64,000 bases of DNA from assembly GCF_009914755.1 (NCBI RefSeq), contig NC_060932.1. One strand, given 5' to 3'. Below are positions 44,930 to 58,830 of the stretch, one piece after another (the stretch's first letter is position 1; every line of letters starts with the position of its first letter). The stretch is from the human T2T-CHM13v2.0 reference genome, Homo sapiens. Made by a program: the position numbers and the translations under genes. The notes under the pieces are model-generated. The model worked only from the letters and a program-made list of their open reading frames with translations, was not told the origin of the DNA and ran no database searches.

Positions 44930-45115
44930 GACTACAAAATACAAAATTAGGTGGGCATGGTGGTGGGTGCCCGTAATCCCAGCTACTGGGGAGGATGAGG
45001 CAGAAGAATCAGTTGAACTAGGGAGTCAGAGGTTGCGGTGAGCGGAGATTGTACCATTGCACTCCAGCCTGGGCAACAAGAGTGAAACGTCATCTAAAAA
45101 AAAAAAAAAAAAAAA
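44930..45115 (+). mobile_element. 5'-truncated Alu (right arm)
   Basis: Begins at the A-rich linker and ends in poly(A). Confidence 0.9.
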
Positions 45116-45162
45116 GATTTTTTTTTAATGCAGTCCTAAAAAAGGGCATTAATAGTAATATA

Positions 45163-45555
45163 TGTGGTTTAGTCCATTTTATGCTGCTAGAACAGAATAC
45201 CTGAGACTGGGTAACTTATTTAAAAAAAAAAAAAAAAAGAGTTATTCTTACCATTCTGGAGCCTAGGAAGTCCCAGATCAATGGATCAGCATCCAGAGAG
45301 GGCCTTTGTGCTATGTCATCCCATGGCAGAAGGTGGAAAAGAGATTGTGAGCCCAAGAAGGGGCTGAACTTACTTTTATAACAAACCCACTGTCTTGATA
45401 ATGAATCCACTCCCACGATAATGACATTAATCTATTTGTGAGGGCAGAGCTCTCATTACTTAATCACCTCTTAAATGTCCCACCTTTCAACATTGTTCCA
45501 TTTGGGGATTAAGGTACCAACACAGGAAACTGGGGGACACATTCAAACCATAGCA
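45163..45555 (-). mobile_element. MST (MaLR) LTR
   Basis: ttagtccattttatgctgcta..gaatacctgagactgggt...gggggacacattcaaaccatagca. Confidence 0.85.
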
Positions 45556-45889
45556 ATAGGTGTTTGTTATAAATCAAAGGATTTATAATTATCACTATGT
45601 ACTTCTATACTGTCCTGTTTAGAACTTTTATAAATATGACCTATCACCTTTAAGTGGAGGCATTATAACGGGAACAAGAAAGCAAACATTGCTGCCTTGA
45701 ATTAGAGGTAGAACACCACACCCAAATGGCCCAAACCTGGTGGCTAGAGATCAGAACTTAGAGGCATCATTCCTGCCTTGCAGACTGGACTTCTCACATT
45801 CCCATTGCCTCCTTTTAAATAGACCATTCAGACAATTGCCACAAACTTAAAGTAACCCACACCCTATTCCCTTATATATGGCACTGTCT

Positions 45890-46520
45890 AGGATATGAAG
45901 AAATGGTGCTGGTATATATGTACAAGGTAGAACCACCTTCAAACACAATTTGTTCCCTAAAAATTTAAACATAAACTTACGATACAACCTAGCAATTCTA
46001 CTCCAATGCCTACCCAAGAGAAATAATATAAATAATATATACAGTCACATGCAAACTTTTATAGCAGCATTATTAATAACAGTCCAACACTGGAAACAAT
46101 TCAAATATTTGTGACTTGATGAAAGGATAAACAAAGTATGATATATTTATATAATGGAATATTATTCATCAATTAAAAGAAACAAAGTATTAATATATAT
46201 TTCAACATGGATGAACCTTAAAACCTTATGCTGAGTGAAAGAAGTCATACTCCAAGACCTATATTGAATGATTCTATTTATATAAAATTCCCAGAAAAAC
46301 AAACGTATACAGACAGAAAGCAGCTTAGTGGTTGCTGGGACTGGAGGTGAGAATGGGAATTGACTGCAAACCAGCAAATGTAAGTGACGAAACTTGTCTA
46401 AATTGGACTGTGTTGATGGTTGCATAACTCTATAAATTGACTAAAAATCATTGAATTAATTGTACACTTACAATCAATGTATTTTATGATATGTGACTTT
46501 TGCCTTAATAATCCTGTCAA
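45890..46520 (+). mobile_element. L1MB/ME 3' end
   Basis: cctagcaattctactcc...caacatggatgaaccttaaaaccttatgctgagtgaaagaagtca. Confidence 0.8.
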
Positions 46521-48962
46521 AAGTGAGAAGGTCAGGAAGCAGTCATTCAGCCAAACACAAGCGGGATGTGGATATAGCAAGTTCTCTGTAAACTGCTGTA
46601 ACCCCTGACATGAATAACAACATGAATCAATCTCTGCATCTCTCAATTCTACTTCTCTCTGTCTGTGTGTGTGTGTATGTGTGTGTGTGTGTGTTTTATC
46701 TATACTTTCTGTGCACTATATTCTCTTCATGTCAAGAAACATGGCTTCTTGGCTTACATTTATTAACACTCTTCGTTGAGAGGGGCTGGAAACTAACTCC
46801 CTTTTGCAGTTACAACTTCCAAAGAAGAATACTGATTAGTTTGGTTTGAATCCCAATGCCCCTCTGTGTCAATTAATAATCAATAATCAATCAATAATCA
46901 ATGTGTGTGTGTGTTTGAATGTGTTATCACACATACCTGTGAAATCTTTCTCCTCAATTGGTTTAATCATAACTAATCCTTAGGATATTTCTATTAGATA
47001 GAAATATTTTTCTATTTTATAGATGGGGAAACTGACACTTACCGATGTTAAAATCCATGATGAAAGAAATATGGATAAAGTATTGTTGCCAGAATTTGAA
47101 CTACATTTGTCAAGCCATAAAATTTTTGGCCTTTTCTCTAAATTGTAACTCTTTTTTTGATCATTTCCCTGTCCTGAGAAGTTGGGTTCTATATCACCTG
47201 GATTTCAGTGAGTTAGATGGCCTCTAATTTTTCTAGATAAAATATAATTTTCTGAACACATCCGAAATATATAGTTGCCCTGATATCTGAATGAATGAAT
47301 ATTTTCTCTCATATCTAGTGCTTTCATTTTCATAGCTCATGTGTTAACTTCTTTTTGCTCTACACCACTAGTTCTCTGCTTTTCTTCAGGCGTCCTAATG
47401 TCTAATTTTCAACAGTTTCCCTCCAAATGAAAATCATGATTGGTATGGTAAGCATTTGGAGTTTTCTTATTGATTTTTGCCTTGGGTGAAGAGGTTAATT
47501 AAATGTGAATTTTAAGCCTACAACATGATTAGGAGAGTGAAACAACCAGAATTCATGAATACTTCCGGGCCATTAAAACTATTTAAAATGAACAATGACT
47601 GAAGGTAGGGGAAAGGAGGTGAGGTGGGGGAGATAGACTAGCCCACTGTTATTTGTGACTGGATTAATGAAATTGTGAAGAATAACAGAATCTTTCTAAA
47701 ACATTCAAGTCCAGCTGGATTTTTATTTTGCATTTATATTGACATTACCATGGAATATAATACATTCCTAATAAACCATTCTTCCATATTCTTTTTGTTT
47801 CTTCCATTTCAAATTGCATCACAGAGCCCTGAGCTTATCCAAATCAACAGACCAGACTAGAGGATGAAGGGATTCGTATGCTATTGACCCTTAAAGAGTC
47901 AGCAGGACAACTTTCTTAAACTGGAGAAGGATTTACAGACTCAGCATTTTCATGCTCCCTGTGTTTCAGGAAGATCTTTTGGAGGTCATACTTGAAAACA
48001 CAAATCAGGGTGCCTTTTATCTCAAAAAGGTGCTGAAAAATCATTACATGCAAATGATTTATTGTACTTTTGTTCTATTGCAAAAATATATCCCAAACAC
48101 AAGAAACACAATAATAATACTATTGCATTTTAATTTATAATGGGCATAGTCCTGTTCACAATGTAATGAGGTGAATAGATTGATAAGTATAATGCAGGCT
48201 GTAGAAATGACACGACACGCTAAATGGGGCAGTAACACTTCAGAATCAATCTTAGAACACTAAAGAAATCTATTGCCATTATGATTCCATCCAGGCAAAT
48301 ATCTATTGTGCAGAGATAACAGAAAATATATACGCATATCAACTGACTTAGAATCAAGGACTCAGCAAAATGGAAGTTAAAAATCAGTCTAGAATCAGGT
48401 ATTTCAGATGAAAGGATTAAAAACCCTGACAAACGCTAAACTGATAGCAAGATAAGGCTGAGGAAAGGAAGACTGAAAGATTTTCCTGTTAAGAGACTGC
48501 GAAACCATCCACCAAAGCATGAGGACAATTTCTGCATTTCACACATTCAGGACAATGACAGCACCTAGGCTCTGGGCAATGTGGCACTGACTTTTGTCTT
48601 AAAAGCTTCAGCAGATCAAGGCCAAAGGCAGTAACATCCAAGTCAAGACTGATTGCTTTGGAGTAAAATAGGATTCATTTGGGAATAGTTCTACTGTCTG
48701 TAGAAGCTAACTGGTAGAACCTAAAGTTTCCTAGTGTCACCAGAATGATGATAGGACCTCGATTTCTTTTTCAAGTTTTCCTCTTCACTCCAGGGGACTC
48801 CACTGTGTCCACAATGAGTGACACAGTGAGTCACACATGTGCTTCTGATATGATCCTGGTCACTGCCTCTGCCACTCACTTTACTTGGCTACAGATGACC
48901 AGTCTTGCCTGCACACATCAACTTCCGTCTGCACAAGTCTGGGGCAGCAAATACTACCTTAG

Positions 48963-49180
48963 AGGGGATCTGTCAGCCTTGGGACTAATGACATTTTGGG
49001 CCAGACAACTCTTTGATTTAGGGGTCTGTCCCATGCACTGCAGGATGTTTAGCGTCATCCCATGGCCTCTACTCATTAGATCTCAGAGGCTTTCTCATTT
49101 TTATGACAATAAAAAATATCCTCACACATTGTCAAGTGTCCCTTGGAGGGGCAAAACTGTGCCTGGTTGACAACCAGTGC
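48963..49180 (+). mobile_element. MER20 (hAT-Charlie)
   Basis: gacattttgggccagacaactcttt...gcaggatgtttagcgtcatccc...gggggcaaaa-like...ggttgacaaccagtg. Confidence 0.85.
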
Positions 49181-50059
49181 TTTAGAAGTTGCTATCTTTA
49201 ATGTAATGGCTTTAGGGCCATGGTCAGCTTAGCTAAACCCAGATTGTATATTTATCAAAAGAGTAAGGAACATTTGAAGATTAAGGAAGCATCTAATGCA
49301 GAAGAAACTTACAACTTACTACTAGATGACGTTGTTCTCAGGACCTGGAAGCCTATCCCCATTGAATGTCAAATAGGGATCTCCCTAGATGTCTACAAAG
49401 CAACCTCCTTGACTAACTAGAGGAATGCTCTGTTGTAGAGCTTCCCGTCACCCAGAGCTACACTTAAGTGTCTGTATTGCCAGCACACTAGACTCAATGG
49501 AGTCAGGGTTAGAGAAAATAGTTTCCTTCTCATCTACTGTGTCATAAATCTTTTTCCAGGCTCTGAATCATTTCAGACAAGTTCACAGATTGAATATCCA
49601 CTCCCTTCCAGGGAAACTCTACCCTCTACTCTTGTGTGCGTCCTTGCTATATGTTCTTAACAGAAAATTACTTTAGAACTTAGTAGCACAAGAAGTACAC
49701 ATAGAGCAGCAACTGGGTGACTTTTTCATATTTTCTTCTTCAGAATTACATAAATGATAACTTTTTTATTTGTAATATTTATCAACATTTTCTTTCTTGA
49801 ATCTTAAACATCAGTATAAGTAGAATTTCAGCAGTTGTGTTTTGCATGTTTTGCCCAGTTCCCAGAATAGTGTGTGCCACATAAATCATACTAAATAAAT
49901 AATTGAATTATTGAATACATGAAAACAATGTAATTTCCTTTTATGCTCTTTCCTACTGAATAGAGGGAAGATCTTAATGCTATATATGTTCTTTTTTAAA
50001 ACTCAGCTTCAAGTCTCCCATTCAAAAACAAACAAAATTCTGTAGTCACTGGACTTAGG

Positions 50060-50200
50060 TTATTATTACTCATTTTACAGATAAGGAAACTAAGACCTGG
50101 TAATATTAAATAATGTGTCAATTGATAAGTTAGTAAGTGTCAGACCTGATACTTCAAATCCAGGTCTGCCAGATTCCAAAGTCCATGTTCTGATGACCAC
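50060..50200 (-). mobile_element. MIR
   Basis: cattttacagataaggaaactaag...ttcaaatccaggtctgccagattccaaag. Confidence 0.8.
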
Positions 50201-50511
50201 AGCAAAACACACATCTAAGTTTCTCCTCCCCATCTAGAGCCTGTTACTGCCTCTCCAGGCAAGTTCACATCACATCCCAGAGGATGGTGCCCCTTGCAAG
50301 TTTACACAAGAGATGAATTCTACCTTCTATTGCTTCTCCAACTGCAGAATTCTTCTTGGGGGTTCTTTCAGAAGTTGCCTGCTCACTGACTTAAAAAGGT
50401 ACATTTAGAGGGGAGCCTTTTAATTCTTGCTTTCTGGACATTAAGTTAGAGGGACTGCTTGCATGTTTAATGAAGGTATAAGCCAAAGAAGAAGCACCAA
50501 GATGGTGAAGA

Positions 50512-50858
50512 TGATAGATGCAGGAGGCAGGTAAGGGGGAGGGTCCCTGGAGAATCTCCGACACACCTGTGCGTTGAGAGGGTGGGGTGGAGCCTCAGGA
50601 AGTTCATGTCATTTTCAGTACAGAGAAGCCTGGTCTCTTCAGTTCCTGTGTGTGTGGCCTGGAATCCATCTGGGAGGTGGGGTGCCTGTTAGCAGGACTC
50701 CGTCTCACTTTGCTGAGGGATTTTTTTTTCTTTTTTTTCCTTTTCATCCAATAAAATCCTGCTCTACTCACCCTTCAATGTATCTACATGCCTAAATTTT
50801 CCTGGTTGTGCGACCCTAACCTGGTTTTAGCCAAACTAAGGAGTAAAATTCTACAACA
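50512..50858 (+). mobile_element. MER61-type ERV1 solo LTR
   Basis: tgatagatgcaggaggcagg...aactaaggagtaaaattctacaaca; exact TSD AAGA. Confidence 0.82.
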
Positions 50859-50886
50859 AAGAGACTTGAAAGAATCAGGATGTATG

Positions 50887-51691
<805 letters not shown>

Positions 51692-52049
51692 TCAAATCCC
51701 TTTGGACACTTTAACCAGAAGCTGGACTATATCATAAAGGAAAATCCATGCATCAGATCGGTGGTTGTTCAAGATGATCCTTTGATTGGATAACTCTGGA
51801 CACTTGGAAAGATGCTAGAAAATAAGGAGAACATCATACAATCCAATGAACCAAAAATTCAAGAAGATCTTGCCATTGGGAAAATGGCCTATTTTTTTGA
51901 TTCCCCTGAATAGGAGATGCTACTTGAACAATATTTAGATTCATTAACAAGAATCAGAAGAACAATTCCTTTGCCTTATCATGGGGTGTGTGCACGCATA
52001 TGAATTCAGTTCATAAGGCAACGTTAACCACTTTGAAATGATGATTACT

Positions 52050-52230
52050 TTTTAAACTAAATTTATTTTTAATTATTATGAGTATATAATAGTTGTATAT
52101 ATTTCTGGGGTACATGTAATGTTTTGACACAGGCATACAACATATAATGACCAAATCAGGGTAATTGGGGTATCCATCACCTTAAGCATTTATGTTTCCT
52201 TGAGTTAGGAACATTGCACTTAAAACTTTT
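52050..52230 (-). mobile_element. L1MA 3' end fragment
   Basis: ggggtacatgtaatgttttgacacaggcatacaac...gggtatccatcacc. Confidence 0.8.
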
Positions 52231-53644
52231 ATTATAATAATCATAGTGAGATTATAAAAATAATAAAATTACTACAAATCCATGGCTATATAAAAATCAG
52301 GATGTGTCTTCATTTGCAGCTTAGTGAGGTGAAGAGCTCTCGTAGTTTCTCCTCTAGCCTGGGAATGCCCTCCCTCGCCAGTGAGGCCTAGAAGAGTAGC
52401 AACTCCTCCGTCTGCCAACAAGCTGTCCAGAGAGCAGAGGGGCAGCCTAGGCAGCCTGCTCAGTGTCCACACCTGAAGTTTCTGGGTCCATAAAGAGGCT
52501 GTGAGCATAAAGGATTTGGTTAAAGGAGAAAAGAGAAAGGGAGGAAGCATGTTATTAGAAGTTTAATGAAGGAGGAAAAGTTTTCTTACTTATAGAAAGT
52601 AAGAAAAGACACAGAGGAGGTATTTAATTCATATTTGGCTTAGTTCTTGTCTGAGTTAATGTCGAGAGACATGGAAATATCTAATACTTTTTTTCCAACT
52701 ATTCCTCTCAGCCCGCCACTGGTTACCTTTTCTTCAACTGTAATTCGAACAATGTACTTGGCTTTCTTGAGTTGTATCTGTGAATCTTTACAACAATGCA
52801 CCATGGAAATCAGCAATAAATGTTCCTTTCTCTCTTTGCCCTGGGCACAGCGTGCATGGATGTCTCCACAGCACAGAGAGCAGGCCTGAGCCATTTTTGT
52901 CCTTTAATATGCTATTGATGCTTGTTTCCTGGTGACTAGTGGGGAGAAACAAGTTTTTGGTTTTGTTGATTTCCCAGCCCCTAGAATACTTACTTATCTA
53001 TTAAAAAAGGTTAGATTTAGAAAGAAGGAGCTTCCCAGAATACCTGCTCATGAGATAACTGGAAATAAACGCAGATAGAAACTTCCCAAGGAAGATTAAT
53101 AATCAGAAATTCTAAAGCCTTGAGAGGGAAAAATGCATAACAAAATTGCTTTTTGTGTTCTTCTTTTTATCTGCACTACACCTAGGAATACTTTTCATTT
53201 TGTCCCTGATTTACAGTGCTAAACAAAGAGAAAATCTTGTGTTTAGTCATGATTTATGATAGCTCAATTGAACAGCTCAGGCCAAAATATCCACTTCAGT
53301 GCCTGAATTATTGAATTATTTACAGGGGATTTCTGCATCAGCCAGCAAGTCAGATAATTACTAAATGTCCCTATTTTCTTTGTCCATAAGCATAGATGCT
53401 TTTGTTGATGGAGTTACTAAAATGAGAAAAAATGTTTAGCAAACCATCGAAAGGCACAGTAGACAATAAAAAAGACTGATTTTGACAGATTTCTGAACTA
53501 AAGAAGTTTTCCTCATTCTGTGCTCATTAAAAAAGTGAGTGAAGTCCTGAAGGAAGATAATTTTGCTTGATGGAAATAATAAAATCTTATTTGTTTAGCT
53601 TCCCATGACTAGATGATTTGGGTGACCTTTCAAGGTAAGGATTA

Positions 53645-54085
53645 TGTGTTAGTCCATTTTGTGTTGCCACAAAGGAATACCTGAGGTTGGGTATTTTATA
53701 AAGAAAAAAGGTTTATTTGCCTCATGATTCTAAAGACTGTCCAAGATTCATGGTGCCAGCATCTGATTCTGGTGAGGGACTCAGGAAGTTTCTACTCATG
53801 GCCGAAGGCAAAGAGGAGCCAAAGAGTGCAGAGATCATAGGGTGAGAAGACATGAGAGAGAGGGAGGGTAAGGGAGGTCTCAGACACCTCTCTAACAACC
53901 AGATCTCATGTGAACTAATAGAGTGAGGGCTCACTCATTACCATAGGGAGGGCACAAAGTCATTCATGAAAGATCCAACCCCATGACCCAAACCCCTCCC
54001 TCAAAACCTCATATCCAACATTGGTAATCATATTATAACATGAGATTTGAAGGGAACAAATATACAGACTAGCCAAACCATATCA
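53645..54085 (-). mobile_element. MSTB-type MaLR LTR
   Basis: tgtgttagtccattttgtgttgcc..aaggaatacctgagg...ccaaaccatatca; TSD gatta/gacta. Confidence 0.87.
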
Positions 54086-54599
54086 GACTATACTACACGT
54101 GAGATGTGACTGCAAAGTGTGACTGACAAAGGCAAGTTGTCCCCTTTAAAGGGATCACCCAGGAAGTCTGGTCATTCATTTAAAATGGTTTTTTACTGAC
54201 ATTCATAAATTTCAACTTCTTTTTTTCAAGTTGTCTTCAGAGCTTGTAACTGACTTTTGGCTATCCTCAATTATGATAGCTGTGAACAATTTTGCCCATT
54301 TCTAAAAAAGGAAATGTATTCTCTAAATATGGAATCTAAATTTGTTAACTAAGGTAGAAGTCCAATCCACCTTTGGCCAGATTCACCTTAAAATAATAAG
54401 ACCCATTATTTTAGCCAGGATGTAGTAGATAAAATTTAAGATGATGCCCCTATCATAAAATAATAATATGTTACTGTAGAATTTATCCTTTCACTTTTCA
54501 ACACATAGACAATATTTGTTCATTGTTGGATTGAAAGAAAAGATAAACTTTTCTCCAACTCCCCCATTTATAGATTGGTAACTATTCATCCAGATTCAG

Positions 54600-56160
54600 T
54601 AATATGGTTTGGCTGTGTTTCAACCCAAATCTCATGTTGTAGTTTCAATAATCCTCACATATTGTGGGAGGGACGCAGTGGGAGGTAATTCAATCATGAG
54701 AGCAGTTATCTGCATGCTGTTCTCATGATAGTGAGTGAGTTCTCACAAGGCCTGATGATTTTATAAGGGGCTTTTCCCCCGTTGCTCAGCACCTCTCCTT
54801 CCTGCCACCATGTAAAGAAAGACATGGTTGCTCCCCTTTCCACCATGATTACAAGTTTCCTGAGGTTTCCCCAGCGCTGTGGAACTATGAGTCTGTTAAA
54901 CTCTTTCCTTTATAAATTTCCCAGTCTTGCGTAGTTTTTTATAGCAGCATGAGAACAGACTAATACAATAAATTGACACCACAGAGAGTGGGGTGCTGCT
55001 ATAAAGATACCCCAAAATGTGGAAGCAACTATGGAATTGGTTAACAGGCAAAAGTTGGAATAGTTTGGAGGGCTTGGAAGAAACAGAAAGATGTGGGAAA
55101 GTCTGGAACTTCCTAGAGACTTGTTGAATGTCTTTGGCCAAAATGTTGATAGTGATATGGACAACAAAGTCCAGGTTGAGGTGGTCTCAGAGGAAGATGA
55201 GGACCTTTTTGGGAACTGGAGCAAAGATGATTCTTGCTATGCTTTAGCAAAGAGACTGATGGCATTTTGCTCCTGCCCTAGAGACCTGTGGAACTTTGAA
55301 CTTGAGAGAGATGATTTAGGGTATCTGGAAGAAGAAATTCCTAAGTGGCAAAGCACTCAAGAGAAAGCAGAGCATGAAAGTTTGGAAAATTAGCAGCCTG
55401 ATAATGCAATAGAAAAGAAAAACTCATTTTCTGAGGAGAAACTCAAGCCTGCTGCAGAAATTTGTATAAGTAACCAGGACCCAAATATTAATCACCAAAT
55501 CAATGGTGTAAATGTCTGCAGGGCATGCCAAAGACCTTATGACAGTGCCTCCTATTACAGATCCAGAGGCCTAAGAGGGAAAAATGGTTTCCTGGGCTAG
55601 GCCCAGGGCCCTCCCACTCTGTGCAGTCTTGGGACATGGTACCCTATGTCCCAGCTGCCTCAGCTCCAGCCGCGGCTAATAGCGGCCAAGGTACAGTTTG
55701 AGCCATTGTTTCAGAGGGTGCAAGCCCCAAGCTTTGGAGGCTTCCATGTGATATTCAATCTGTGGGTACACAGAAGTCAAGAATTGAGGTTTAGGAACCT
55801 CCATCTAGATTTCAGAGGATGTATGGAAACACCTGGATGTCCAGGCAGAAGTTTGCTTCAGAGGCACAGCCCTCATGAAGAACCTCTGCTAGGGCAGTGG
55901 GGAAGGAAAATGTGGGGTTGGAACCCCCACAGCATCCCCACTGGGACACTGCCTAGTGGAGCTGTGAGAAGAGAGCCACCATCCTCCAGACCCCAGAATG
56001 GTAGATCTACCAACAGCTTGTACCATGCACCTGGAAAAGCCACTGACACTCAATGCCAGCCTGTGAAAACAGCCGGAGTGGGGCTGTACCCTGCAAAGCA
56101 ATGGGGGCGGAGCTACCCAAGGCCATGGGAGCCCACCTTTTGCATCAGCATGACCTGGAT
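54600..56160 (+). mobile_element. THE1 LTR (54600-54967) plus 3'-truncated THE1 internal region
   Basis: LTR ends gactaataca; the internal MaLR ORF relic reads MWESLELPRDLLN..CPRDLWNFELERDDLGYL; no second LTR. Confidence 0.92.
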
Positions 56161-56424
56161 ATTTTAGTTTTAAAATAAAACTAAAATTATTCAGTCGTCC
56201 AAATGTAATTACAGAATAGCCGTTGATGTACTCATGTACAATATGCAGAAAATTGCCCCTCTCAGGACATGTGAACTGCAAACTGTCTCACACTGAGGTA
56301 TTTGTGAAAATATCCCATTCTCCCAAATATATTTCAAATGACTAGAGAGAAGTAATTACATCACTGTATTTATTTATATATGTTTATTTCCCTCCCAACT
56401 TAGTGACTGTGACTTAAAAGTGCT

Positions 56425-56847
56425 TGCATTAGTCTGTTATCATACTGCCATAAAGAAATACCCAAGACTGGGTAATTTATATAGAATCAAGGTTTAATTG
56501 GCTCACAGTCCTGCTGGCTGTACAGGAAGCATGGCAGTATCTGCTTATGAGAAGACCTCAGGGAGGTTTTACTCATGACAGAAGGCAAATCATAAGCAGG
56601 TGTCTTACATGGTTGGATCAGGAGCAGGAGAGCAAGGTGGGAGGTGCTACATGCTTTTAAAACAACTAGATCTCATGTTAACTCACTCACTCACTATCAC
56701 AAGAATAGCACTAAGGGGATGGTGCTAAACCATTCATGAGAATTCTGCTCCCATGATCCTATTACCTCCCACTAGGCCCTACCTCTGGCATTAGGGATTA
56801 CATTTCAGCATGAGATTTGGGTAGGGACACAGATCAAAACCATATCA
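56425..56847 (-). mobile_element. MSTA solo LTR
   Basis: tgcattagtctg...gggacacagatcaaaaccatatca; exact TSD GTGCT. Confidence 0.88.
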
Positions 56848-56912
56848 GTGCTCCATTAATATGTCATGAATATCGTTTCATGTATGACATACACTGCCTC
56901 TCAAGGTATTTC

Positions 56913-58100
56913 TTTTTTTAATTTTAATTTTTTAAAACTTTTATTTTAGATTCAGGGGTACATGTGCATGTTTGTTAATAGGTAAATTGTGTGTCGTGGA
57001 GGTTTGGTATAGAGATTATTTTGTCACTTAGATAATAAGCATATAACCAATAAGCAGTTTTTTAATCCTTAACCTTCTCCCACTTTTCATCCTCAAGTAG
57101 GCCCTGTTGTCCATTGTTCTCTTCTTTGTGTCCATGTGTACTTAATGTTTGGCTCCTACTTATAGGCAAGAACATGTGATATTGGGTTTTCTGTTTCTGT
57201 GTTAGTTTGCTTAGGATAATGGCCTTCAGCTGAATCCATGTTGTTGCATTCTTTTTAATGGTTGCATAATATTCCATGATATATATGTACCACATTTTCT
57301 TTATACAGTCTACCATTGATGGGCATTCATGTTGATTCCACATCTTTGCAATTGTAAATAATGCTGCTGTGAACATAAGTGTGCATGTGTCTTTATGGTA
57401 GAACAATTTATATTCCTTTGGGTATATACCCAATCATGGGATTGCTGGGTCAAATAGTAGTTCTGTTTTAAGTTCTCTGAGAAACTGCCAAACTGTTTTC
57501 CACAATGGCTGAACTAACTTACATTCCCACCAGCAGTGTATGAGTGTTCCCTTTTCTCCACAACCTCACCAGCATCTACAATAACCAAAACAGCATGGTA
57601 CTGGTACAAAAACAGATAGATCAATGGAACAGAATATAGAGTCCAGAAATAATGTCACACACCTGAAAGTATTTGATCTTTGACAAAAACAAGCAATGGA
57701 GAAATGACTCCCAATTCAATAAATGGTGCTGGGATAACTGGCCAGCCATTTGTGGAAGATTGAAACTAAACCCCTTACTTATTCTATATTAAAAAATTAA
57801 CTCAAGATAGATTAAAGACCAAAATCTTAAACCAAAAACTATAAAAACCCTGGAATATAACCTAGGAAATACCATTCTGGACATAGGACCTGGCAAAGAC
57901 TTCATGACACAGACACCAAAAGCAATTGCAACAAAACCAAAAATTGACAAATGGACCTACTTAAAATAAAGAGCTTCTGCACAGCAAAAGAAACTATCAG
58001 CAGAGTAAACACGCAACCTCCAGAATGGAAGAAAATATTTGCAATCCATGCATCTGACAAAGTTCTAATATTCAGAATACATAAGGAACTTAAACAAATT
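56913..58100 (-). mobile_element. 5'-inverted L1PA (about PA13-16): 56913-57577 antisense 3' end, 57578-58100 inverted ORF2 piece
   Basis: Exact 14-bp TSD tctcaaggtatttc (56899-56912 / 58101-58114). Confidence 0.93.
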
Positions 58101-58299
58101 TCTCAAGGTATTTCAAATAAGAATTCTAAAATTATTTTTAAGATTTTTAAGGATTGGTGGCATTACTAGAATAAGCTTATGACTTTCCAAATTTGTTTCT
58201 ATATAACATTTATATACATTATCTGTACATGTAAATTGAACTACATAATTTCACTTGTCAGCTAAGCTAGTCTTAATTTTTGGTCACATTTCCTATAAT

Positions 58300-58546
<247 letters not shown>

Positions 58547-58599
58547 AATGTATTTTAATAATAGAAATAAATGAGCTCTTGGGCACATTTACTCTATAC

Positions 58600-58830
58600 C
58601 GCAGGAACCAGCAGCCCAAAAAGCACTGAGCTCAAATTTGAGCTCTATCATTTACTAGTTATACACACTTAGACATTTTACTTATCCTTCCCAAACTTTA
58701 CTTTTCTCACCTGTAAGGAGATATTAAATGCCTTTTAGAATTTAAATTAAGTGAGATAACATGGGCAAATTATCTTACACAGGTCTCAGCATTTCAGCAT
58801 TTAGTAATAACCCGATGAATGTTAACATGT
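58600..58830 (+). mobile_element. MIR
   Basis: ttttctcacctgtaagg...aattaagtgagataac. Confidence 0.6.

Noticed and set aside
46985-47007. 10-bp-arm inverted repeat atatttctat-tag-atagaaatat
   Set aside because: AT-rich, low complexity; expected by chance.
54600-56847. THE1 LTR-internal-MSTA LTR as a complete MaLR
   Set aside because: The MSTA is inverted, has its own TSD, and is separated by unrelated sequence.
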